This document shows, one piece after another, positions 52,036 through 60,005 of a stretch of 64,000 bases of DNA (the stretch's first letter is position 1; every line of letters starts with the position of its first letter). Origin of the DNA: Planctomycetota bacterium (GTDB taxonomy: Bacteria > Planctomycetota > B15-G4); the NCBI GenBank assembly GCA_021604805.1, contig BQJR01000002.1, positions 268,665 to 332,664 of the forward strand, in the 5' to 3' direction. The translations under genes were made by a program, and so were the position numbers. The notes under the pieces are model-generated. The model was not told the origin of the DNA. It made no database searches and saw nothing but the letters and a program-made list of their open reading frames with translations.

Positions 52036-53199
52036 TCAAGCAGCGTTCACCTTGAACGTGGTCGTCACGCCATTCTGCGTGAGTGTGACGGTGTACTGGC
52101 CGGGCTTGATGCCGGTGAAGCTCGCACGGAAGGTGCAGTCGTCCTCGAGGTCGACCATCATCTGGCCGCTCGAGCCGTCCGGCCCCACGATGTCCACCGT
52201 GACTTGACCGCCGCCCATGGCGCCGATGCCTGTGATGTCCAGGCGCGTGACCGGCGTGCTGCTGAGGCGCCCCGACGCGACCGAGGTCTTGCGCAGCGGC
52301 TTCGGAATCGCGGGCGCGGGTGTCTGCGCCGGATTCGCCGGCAGCGGAACCGGCGTGATCGTGGTGGGCAACCCGAAGAAGATCTGGTGCAGGATGAGCA
52401 CCGTGGCCTCGATTTGCTTCGCAGCCTTGTTCAACTGCTTGATCGCCTTCTTGAGCTTGGCGCGCACTTTCTTGATTGCCTTCTCGGCCTGACTCACCGC
52501 GCCGCTCTCGAACTTGTCCCACTCGCCGCAGCCGCCGGGAAGGAAGCTGAGGATGTTGTCGGTGAACGTGTCGAGACCCTCTGCTTGCGGGCAGTTCCAC
52601 AGCGCGACTTCGGTCTCGTCGAGGAGATCGGCGACTTGTCGGTTGATGTCGCCGGCCGCGAGGGCGGTCACGTCAGAGAGGAGGACGATCGCGTCCGTGA
52701 TCGACACTTCACCCGCCTTCACCAGCTTGAGCAGCGCATTGATGCCTTCGCAATACTCCCCCACGGTGTCGTCGAGCGCGGCTTTCATTTCCTTGCCGGC
52801 GTCCTTCAGTTTCATCTTGCCGGCTTTGACGAAGGCCTTCTCATCGGCGCTCACCGAGACCGGGAAGGTGAACTCGAAACCCTGACATCCGGGGTTCGTG
52901 CCGTTCTTGGTCGACACCGTGATGGTGGCCGAGCCCACGCCCATCGCCTCGACCTGCACCTTGTGCTTCTTGGCTTGGCCTTCGTTGAAGGAAACCATCG
53001 CGACCTTCTCGTCGCTGCTGGTCGCTTCGATCTCGAACTTGCAGCCAGCGAAGCCCAGGATCTGGATCACCTGGATCTGCGCGGCGAGCAGCGAGAACTC
53101 GGTGCCCGAAGCGGGTTTCGAATCGTTGGCGAGCAGCTCAGTGTTGAGCGCTGAAAACAGACTCACCACGAGCGTGAAGTGCAGGAGGGTACGGCGCAT
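52036..53199 (-). CDS. secreted Lys-rich protein with Ig-like terminal domains and a central helical region
   Basis: GGAGAGAGAGAC RBS before ATG 53197-53199. Signal peptide MRRTLLHFTLVVSLFSA. Big_2-like N-terminal and PKD/Ig-like C-terminal segments. Local GC is lower than in neighbouring genes. Confidence 0.6.
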   Translation of the reverse strand: MRRTLLHFTLVVSLFSALNTELLANDSKPASGTEFSLLAAQIQVIQILGFAGCKFEIEATSSDEKVAMVSFNEGQAKKHKVQVEAMGVGSATITVSTKNGTNPGCQGFEFTFPVSVSADEKAFVKAGKMKLKDAGKEMKAALDDTVGEYCEGINALLKLVKAGEVSITDAIVLLSDVTALAAGDINRQVADLLDETEVALWNCPQAEGLDTFTDNILSFLPGGCGEWDKFESGAVSQAEKAIKKVRAKLKKAIKQLNKAAKQIEATVLILHQIFFGLPTTITPVPLPANPAQTPAPAIPKPLRKTSVASGRLSSTPVTRLDITGIGAMGGGQVTVDIVGPDGSSGQMMVDLEDDCTFRASFTGIKPGQYTVTLTQNGVTTTFKVNAA

Positions 53200-53396
53200 G
53201 TCTCTCTCTCCAGAGATTGGGGTGTCCCGCGACGATACCAGCGCGCGCGGCACGATCTGAGAGTGCTTCGCCGAGGAGCGATTTGCGGAGCGCCGTCGGG
53301 TGCGCCGCGCGTTCACACGTCAGGGTTCCGTCCGCCGCGTCGGGTGCTGAGGCTGGCCCCGCGCTCAGCCCGCCGCGCGCTCAGCCCGCCGCGCGC

Positions 53397-54473
53397 TCAG
53401 CCCGCCGCGCGCGCGCGGCGCCACACTTCGCCCAGACGATCCACGGCCACCGCCGCCAGGATCGCGAGGCCGATGAGGATCTTGCTGTACTCCTTCGAGA
53501 TCGGCAGCACGAAGAGCCCGAGGTCGATCTCGCGCAGGATGTCGATGCCGTTCTCGATGAGCTTGATGACGAGCGCGCCGAGCAACGCGCCGAGCGCCGT
53601 GCCGCGTCCGCCCTGCAGGCTCGCGCCGCCCACCACGGCCGCGGCGATGACGGCGAGCTCGTAGCCTTCGCCGGTGGCGGTGTTCGCGCTCTGGTAGAAA
53701 CCGCAGGAGAGCAAGCCGGCCACGCCCGCGAGCAATCCGGCGAGTGCGTAGACGCGCACGCGCAGTCGCGTGGTCGGCAAGCCGGCGTAGCGCGCAGCCT
53801 CTTCGTTGCCGCCGAGCGCGTAGAGCTGACGTCCGCCGACGCGGCGCGCGAGGTACACACCCACGATCACGGTGCACACCAGCATCACGATCATCGGCAC
53901 GGGTTGCAGGAAGGTGTCGCCCACATTCCAGCGCGCGCCGACGAAGCCCTCGGTGAACGCGGTCGGCAACTGCTCGCCCAGCGACGGCAGCGTCTTGTCG
54001 CGCACGGCCACCAAGCCGATGCCACGAAAGATCGAGAGCGTCCCGAGCGTGACGATGAACGGGTGGATGCGCAGGCCCGCCACGAGCAAACCGTTCACGA
54101 GCCCGCAGGCGGTGCCGACACCGAGCGCGACGGCGAGCGCCGTCGGCAACACGAGCCACGCGCTCGCGTCGACGGCGAAGCGCTGGAGCACGGCGGCCGT
54201 CGCCAGCGCGGAGAGCCCGAAGATCGAGCCGACCGAGATGTCGATCCCGCCGGTGAGGATCACGAGCGTGGCACCCAGCGCCATGATCGCCATCCAGCTC
54301 ATCGGCGTGGCCACGTTCGCGACGAGGTTGTCCACGCGCAGGAAGGCGTTTTGGGTGCCTGAGGCGGTCTGGAGCGGGTCGCTCGCGAGGGTGAGCAGGG
54401 TGCCTAAGCCGAGCAAGACGAGCAGCAGGCCCCAGGGGCGGGAACTGCTGCTGGATGGGCCGGCCGAGTTCAT
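53397..54473 (-). CDS. sugar ABC transporter permease (RbsC/CUT2 type)
   Basis: ATG at 54471-54473 (MNSAGPSSSS). ILTGGIDISVGS and ALGGNEEAARYAGL motifs are typical of ribose/monosaccharide ABC permeases. Confidence 0.88.
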   Translation of the reverse strand: MNSAGPSSSSSRPWGLLLVLLGLGTLLTLASDPLQTASGTQNAFLRVDNLVANVATPMSWMAIMALGATLVILTGGIDISVGSIFGLSALATAAVLQRFAVDASAWLVLPTALAVALGVGTACGLVNGLLVAGLRIHPFIVTLGTLSIFRGIGLVAVRDKTLPSLGEQLPTAFTEGFVGARWNVGDTFLQPVPMIVMLVCTVIVGVYLARRVGGRQLYALGGNEEAARYAGLPTTRLRVRVYALAGLLAGVAGLLSCGFYQSANTATGEGYELAVIAAAVVGGASLQGGRGTALGALLGALVIKLIENGIDILREIDLGLFVLPISKEYSKILIGLAILAAVAVDRLGEVWRRARAAG

Positions 54474-54568
54474 GAGGCCACGAAAGCGGGCGGGGAGGCG
54501 TGGGTCAAGGCGCGAATGCCCACGAATCATCAAGCTGAGCGGCGAATTCGACCGATGCGGGAACACGC

Positions 54569-57500
54569 ATGCATGCCTCCCGCCCTCCTTATCTGTTTCG
54601 CGGTCTGTGCCGCGGCCTCGCGCTGTTGTGCCTCGCGCTGTCGCTGAGCTGCGCGACGTATCGCTCCGAGGTGCTCTCGGCGCGCGTGCTCCCGGAGCGC
54701 GTGATCTACGAGAGCGAGCGTGAGGAGGTGCCCGGCACGCGACGCAGCAGCTTGCGCGCGCGGCTCGTGATGGACGGCACGCAGGAACGTCTCGTGCTCG
54801 AAGAAGTGGTCGTGGCCGACTTCGCCACCGATCGCAAGGTGATCACGAGACGGGCCGAAGTGCGTCAAGCCACCGTGCGCTCCGACATGCTCAGCGTGAA
54901 CGACAGCTACCATCGCTACTGGGCCTTCCCGCACAGCAGCGCGTACATCGCGAGCAACGACGACGTGGCGCTCGGCGTGGTGTCCTACCTCTTCGCGCTG
55001 CCGCTCGTGACCTGGACCGACTTGCTCGCCGACGTGGTCAGCATCCCGTACCACACCTTGCAGATGGCGCTCAACGAACGCGACCGCGTGGTGGAGAGCG
55101 AGCCGGCGCAACGCCTCGACTTCGAACGCAACGTCGTCCTCGAAGTCGCGCCGCTCGCCGGCGAAGTGCAAGCCGTGCGCGTGCATCGCGGCGACGAGAC
55201 CACACTCGTGCCCGAGCGTGACCTGAGCGGCGAGTACGTGCTCACCGCGCGCGAACTGCTGCCGCTCGACGCTCCCCTGCAGAACGAACTCGAGGTCAGC
55301 TTCCTGCACGCTGGCGTCGCGCGTCGTTTGCCGGTGGAGATGCCGGGTGCTTGGCAAGCGCTGCGTCGCGCGGAGCTCGGCTTCGACACCGAGGTCGTGA
55401 CGGGCGGCGGCGCCCCACAGCCGCGCGTCTCGCTGCATCTGCCCGACACACTGCGCGCTGGCGACGCCGCCTTCCTCGCGCTCGACGTGGCCAACACCGG
55501 CTCCGGCGACTTCCTCGACCTGATCGCCGAGCTGCGCAGCCCCGACCCACATCTCCACGGACGTCAACTGCCGCTGGGCCGCGTGCGCCCCGGCGAGAAC
55601 GCCAGCGCGCTCGTGCGCCTCTCGCTGCCGCGCAGCGCGCCCGCCGGCCTGCACCGCGTCGGCGTGGTGTTCCGCAGCGCCAACGCCGCACAGATCGAGC
55701 CCCTGATCCGCGAGATCGAGGTGCTGCCGCGCCCCACCCCGCGCTTGGTGGCGAGCCTCGAACCCGTGATCGTGGTGCCCACGGTCGATCCGCTCGCCGA
55801 AGCTGTGAACGCCATGGCCGAGGCCGCCACCGCGAAGGCGCGCGCCGGTGGAAGTGAGCGCGATCTCGACCGCGCGCCCACCGACGAGCTCGCGCGCGAT
55901 CGCGACACGGTGCGCGCCAGCGACAACGTGTCCGCGTCAGCGAGTCTGCGCGCGCCACACTTGGCGCCACTGGGCGCGCCCGCGCGTCCACAACTGATTC
56001 CCGGCGAGACGCTGCGACTGCGCGCGCACGTGCGCAACGTGGGCGCCGGCGACGCGCTCGACACGCGTCTCGAACTCAACGCCCCGCATCCCGCACTGCG
56101 CGTTCCCGGACAAGCCTTCGAGCTCGGCGACCTGCGCCCCGGCCAGAGCACGCACGTGGAGTTCGACGTCACGCTCAGCGAAGCGCCGCGCGCGCAAGCC
56201 TTGCCGCTGCTCGTGTCGCTCTCGGAAAGCGGTCTCGGCGAACGCAACTGGCAAGACCTGAGCCTGCCGCTGGATCGCGAGTTCCCCGCCTTGCCCGCCG
56301 CACTGCAACCACCGGTGTCGCTCAACGTGCTCGGCAACGGCCTGCTCGCGCGCCTCGCCGGCCTGCCCGCCGACACCGAACTCACGGCCTTCGAAGTGCT
56401 CGGCCAACGCTGGCACGTGCGCCTGCCCGGCGGTCGCAACGGCTGGGTCGACGACGAAACCGTGCAAGTGCTGCCGCCCGCGAGCGCGGCGACCCTGCCT
56501 GACACGACCGGTCACGAACCGACGGTGCGTGAGCCAACTGCGCGTGACACAAACGTTCACGAGCCAACAGTGCGTGAGCCTACGGTGCATGAGCCGACGG
56601 TGCGTGAGCCGCCCCTGCGCGAGCCGACGGCAAGCGCGCCGGTCGCGCAGAAGCCGATCGCGAATGAGAGGGCCGTGGAATCACCGACGCCCGGCGCGAC
56701 GTCGCAGCGCGCGACCGAGCCCGTGCCGCGCAGCCAGAGCAGCACGTCCACACCGAAGATGCAGCCGAGTCCGGCGAGCCGCGCGGAGCCGGAGCTGACC
56801 GCGTCGAGCATCTTGCCGGCCTCGCCACGCCCGCCGGCTCCCGATGTCGGCGAACAACGCGTGTTCCTCGGCAGCCCAGGCAAGATGCCCGACGACCGTC
56901 CCGCCACGATCGAGCTCGAGCAAGTCTTGCCGCGCCGCGTGGACACCGAGCACGTGCGCGTCGCGCTCACGGGATCCGACGACCACGAGTTGCGCGAGCT
57001 GCGCGTCCTGCTCAACTCACGCGACGTGCGTGTGGAGCGCGCCGACACGCGCGGCGACGACGAGCTCGCCACCTCGCAACGCGCCGTGGCGAACCTCGCG
57101 CTGCGCCCCGGCCTGAACCGTTTCGAGGTCATCGCCAGCGACGGCGTGAACGCCGACACCGAACTCGAACACGTGATCTATCGCGACACCGCGCTCGCCG
57201 ACACCTGGCTGCTCGTGATCGGCATCGACGACTACGCCGACACACAGATCCCCGACCTCCGCAGCGCCCAAGCCGACGCACTCGCACTCGGTCACGCGCT
57301 GAGCGAAGCCTTACGCGTGCCGCCACGCCAGCGCCTCGCACTCCTCGGGAGCGAAGCCACGCAGGCCGCGCTCTTCGATCTGCTCGACGTCGAACTCGCG
57401 CGTCGCTTGGATCCCGAAGACGAACTCATCGTGGTCTTCGCCGGCCACGCGCGCGCTTGGAACGACGCCGACACGCCCGTTGCCGCGCTGGTCCCCTACG

Positions 57501-57946
57501 ACGCCACCGCGCACGCCGAGCCCTCCGCGCTCTGGACCGCGGAACAACTCGCCACCCGCTTCGATGCGCTCCCAACGGACAAGATCGCGCTGCTCCTCGA
57601 CGCCGGCTTCGCCACGGGCGCCGCCCGCGGTCTCGGCCCGGGCCTCGCGCGCGAGTTGCACGAGCAAGCGCTCGCCCCGCTGCTCGGCCGCGCTGGGCGC
57701 CTCGTGCTGAGCGCCACGGAACTCGACCGCGGCGCCGCCGAGAACGAGCAGCAAGGCCGGATGAGCGCAACCTTCCTGAACATGCTCGACGGCGCCGGCG
57801 ACGTGGACGCCGACGGTGAACTCAGCCTGCGCGAACTCTTCACGGCGCTCACCGACGCGCTCCGCGACGCCGGGGTCCAACAGCGACCTCAGCTCTACGG
57901 CGCCCCGCTCGACGACCTCGCGCTGCAACATGCGCGCCCGCGCTGA
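54569..57946 (+). CDS. 1125-aa lipoprotein with 2 CARDB domains, an SH3b domain, an (EPTVR)n repeat linker and a C-terminal caspase-like (C14) domain lacking the catalytic Cys
   Basis: Lipobox LALSLSCATY. CARDB-like segments (LDVANTGSGDF..., VRNVGAGDALDTRLEL...). SH3b (FEVLGQRWHVRLPGGRNGWVDDETVQVL). Caspase-like VVFAGHARAW with the His kept, but IALLLDAGFATG where DACHSG is expected. Confidence 0.8.
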   Translation: MHASRPPYLFRGLCRGLALLCLALSLSCATYRSEVLSARVLPERVIYESEREEVPGTRRSSLRARLVMDGTQERLVLEEVVVADFATDRKVITRRAEVRQATVRSDMLSVNDSYHRYWAFPHSSAYIASNDDVALGVVSYLFALPLVTWTDLLADVVSIPYHTLQMALNERDRVVESEPAQRLDFERNVVLEVAPLAGEVQAVRVHRGDETTLVPERDLSGEYVLTARELLPLDAPLQNELEVSFLHAGVARRLPVEMPGAWQALRRAELGFDTEVVTGGGAPQPRVSLHLPDTLRAGDAAFLALDVANTGSGDFLDLIAELRSPDPHLHGRQLPLGRVRPGENASALVRLSLPRSAPAGLHRVGVVFRSANAAQIEPLIREIEVLPRPTPRLVASLEPVIVVPTVDPLAEAVNAMAEAATAKARAGGSERDLDRAPTDELARDRDTVRASDNVSASASLRAPHLAPLGAPARPQLIPGETLRLRAHVRNVGAGDALDTRLELNAPHPALRVPGQAFELGDLRPGQSTHVEFDVTLSEAPRAQALPLLVSLSESGLGERNWQDLSLPLDREFPALPAALQPPVSLNVLGNGLLARLAGLPADTELTAFEVLGQRWHVRLPGGRNGWVDDETVQVLPPASAATLPDTTGHEPTVREPTARDTNVHEPTVREPTVHEPTVREPPLREPTASAPVAQKPIANERAVESPTPGATSQRATEPVPRSQSSTSTPKMQPSPASRAEPELTASSILPASPRPPAPDVGEQRVFLGSPGKMPDDRPATIELEQVLPRRVDTEHVRVALTGSDDHELRELRVLLNSRDVRVERADTRGDDELATSQRAVANLALRPGLNRFEVIASDGVNADTELEHVIYRDTALADTWLLVIGIDDYADTQIPDLRSAQADALALGHALSEALRVPPRQRLALLGSEATQAALFDLLDVELARRLDPEDELIVVFAGHARAWNDADTPVAALVPYDATAHAEPSALWTAEQLATRFDALPTDKIALLLDAGFATGAARGLGPGLARELHEQALAPLLGRAGRLVLSATELDRGAAENEQQGRMSATFLNMLDGAGDVDADGELSLRELFTALTDALRDAGVQQRPQLYGAPLDDLALQHARPR
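56513..56632. repeat. in-frame 15-bp tandem repeats encoding (H/R)EPTV(R/H) x about 7
   Basis: Read directly from the sequence, e.g. gagccgacggtgcgt units. The tract is an intrinsically repetitive linker inside the lipoprotein gene. Confidence 0.5.
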
Positions 57947-58279
57947 GTCGTCGAGCCGAACCGAGCCGCGTCGCGTCGGGGCGTCGAGCCGCTGAGCTGT
58001 CGGGGCACTGAGTCGTCGAGCCACTGAGCCACCAGAGTTGCCGAGGGCGCTGAGCGCCTGCGGCTCGCGAGAACGCTCCCGCAACGCGCCCTTCGAGGCC
58101 ATCGCGCCTCGTCGCCGACCTCCCCGCGAAACCTGGGATAGGCTTCTCCCACCGTGGCCCTCAGGATTCGGGAGGAGGGCCAAGGGACGTGCGAACCGCG
58201 CAAGCGGACGACAGTGGAGTGACGCTCGCACGCAGTGTGTTTTGGGCAACACGCTGCGTGCGGGCGCTTTCCTTCGCGC

Positions 58280-60001
58280 TCACTTCGGGAGCTTGTCGCC
58301 CGGCTTCCACTTGGCGGCTTCGAGGCTCGCGACGAAGTCGAAGACCTCGTCGCGTTGCGCGTGGGTGAGCAACAAGAGCTGGTCGCCGTCGCCCGCGCTC
58401 TCGAAGGCTCGGCGCACGGCATCGAGTTCGGTGGGCGCGCGTTCGATCTTCTTCTCGGCGACGCCCTGCTCCACGAGTCGCGCGGCGAGCAGTTCGACCA
58501 CGTCGCCGACTTCGCGACCGCGCGCGTGCTCGCTCATCTCCTTCAGGATCACGAGGTCGGGCTCGAGCGGCAGCACGGCGTCGGCCAGTGCGTGCAGCGC
58601 GGCGTCGTCGCGGTCCCCGGCTTGACCGAGCACCACGGCGCGCTTCTTCGCGGGGAGCGCGGCGCAGGTCTCGACCACGGCGGCCAGGCCGTGCGGGTTG
58701 TGCGCGAAGTCGACCAGCGCCGTGAGCTTGCCGAACTCGAACAAGTTGCTGCGGCCCGGGTTGCTCGCCACGCTGCTGGCGAAGTTCTTGAGCGTGGCGC
58801 GGATGGCGTCGGGTTCCAGGCCCATCACGAGCGCCATGCTCGCGGCGGCCAACGCGTTGCTCAGGTTGTGACGCGCGGCGCCGCCCATGCCGAGCGCGAC
58901 GTCGCTGACCTTGCCGAGCTCCACGGGCTTGCTCTGGAACACGCCGACGATCTTGCCGTCGTCGATCCAGAGGGCGTCGCGGTTCTGGTCGAGGCAAGCG
59001 GCGATGCCGACCGAGTCGCGCGCCAGGCCGAAGGGCAGCGAGGGCACCGACAGTCGCGCGCCGCGCTCCCACACGAAGGGGTCGTCGGCATTGAGCACGA
59101 GCTGGCGTTCGCGCGGCACGGCACGGCTCACCAGCAACTTGGCGTCGGCCAGGTCGTCGAGCGAATGGATGCCCCACTCGCCGAAGTGATCCTCGGCGAC
59201 ATTGAGCACGGCCGCGGTGGTGGCGCGCGGCACGTTCAGCCCGCGACGCAACAAGCCGCCGCGTGCGGTCTCGAGCACCGCCGCCTGCACGCGCGTGTCG
59301 CGCAGGATGGTGCGCGCGCCGCCGGGGCCCGACCAGTCGCCCTTCTCGATGAGTTCGCCGTTCACTTCCACCGAATCGGTGCTCGACGTGCCGGTCACGA
59401 AGCCGGCCTCGCGCAACATGGCGGCGAGCAGGCGCACGGTGGTCGTCTTGCCGTTGGTGCCGGTGACGAGCGCCACCGGGATCTCGGCGAGGTCTTCCCA
59501 AGGCACGTCGTCGACGGCGGGCAACTCGTCGACCGGCCAAGTGAGACTGCTCGCGCCGTAACCCAACGACACGAAGTCGTCGTCGGCGAGCAGCGGCAAG
59601 CTCTTGCGGTTGGCCTCGGCCTCGAGCTTCAACAGTTCGGGACGCGCTTCCTTGGTGAGTGACGTGCGCAACTTCTCCACGCAGTCGTCGAAGTGCGGCC
59701 GACGCCCCGACTCACCACCGGCGAGTTGCCACGCGGCTTCGAGGATCTCGGTGGCGGTGTAGAGCAGGTCGCGCGTGGCGCTCATGCCCAAGCTGATGCC
59801 GTTGTCGTGGCGACGCACTTGCGGGCGCGCCTTCTTCATGCCCAGCGCGGCCACGAGCTCGCGCACGTTCTCGGCCCAGGCGCCGTGTCGCGCGCCGGCG
59901 CCCGGCGGCGGCGGGCCCTCGGTGGGCAGCTCGACTTCGAGCACAGCCCCCGTGCCATCGAACACCATGTTGGGTCCTGTCAGACGTCGTGCTTCGAGCA
60001 T
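58280..60001 (-). CDS. cyanophycin-synthetase-like protein lacking the ATP-grasp domain (CphA N-domain plus Mur-ligase domain), cphA' paralog
   Basis: Start MLEARRLTGPNMVF aligns with the CphA N-terminus (MKILxxxxLRGPNYW). VTGTNGKTTT and NADDP Mur-ligase motifs are present. No ATP-grasp segment. A 4-nt gap follows the cphA stop. Confidence 0.7.
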   Translation of the reverse strand: MLEARRLTGPNMVFDGTGAVLEVELPTEGPPPPGAGARHGAWAENVRELVAALGMKKARPQVRRHDNGISLGMSATRDLLYTATEILEAAWQLAGGESGRRPHFDDCVEKLRTSLTKEARPELLKLEAEANRKSLPLLADDDFVSLGYGASSLTWPVDELPAVDDVPWEDLAEIPVALVTGTNGKTTTVRLLAAMLREAGFVTGTSSTDSVEVNGELIEKGDWSGPGGARTILRDTRVQAAVLETARGGLLRRGLNVPRATTAAVLNVAEDHFGEWGIHSLDDLADAKLLVSRAVPRERQLVLNADDPFVWERGARLSVPSLPFGLARDSVGIAACLDQNRDALWIDDGKIVGVFQSKPVELGKVSDVALGMGGAARHNLSNALAAASMALVMGLEPDAIRATLKNFASSVASNPGRSNLFEFGKLTALVDFAHNPHGLAAVVETCAALPAKKRAVVLGQAGDRDDAALHALADAVLPLEPDLVILKEMSEHARGREVGDVVELLAARLVEQGVAEKKIERAPTELDAVRRAFESAGDGDQLLLLTHAQRDEVFDFVASLEAAKWKPGDKLPK

Positions 60002-60005
60002 CGGC

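Noticed and set aside
52036-53199. Calling the Lys-rich secreted gene a horizontally acquired island
   Set aside because: The GC dip is largely accounted for by Lys/Ile/Phe-rich amino-acid composition. No flanking repeats, integrase or tRNA are present. I keep it only as a compositional oddity, in the finding at 52036-53199.
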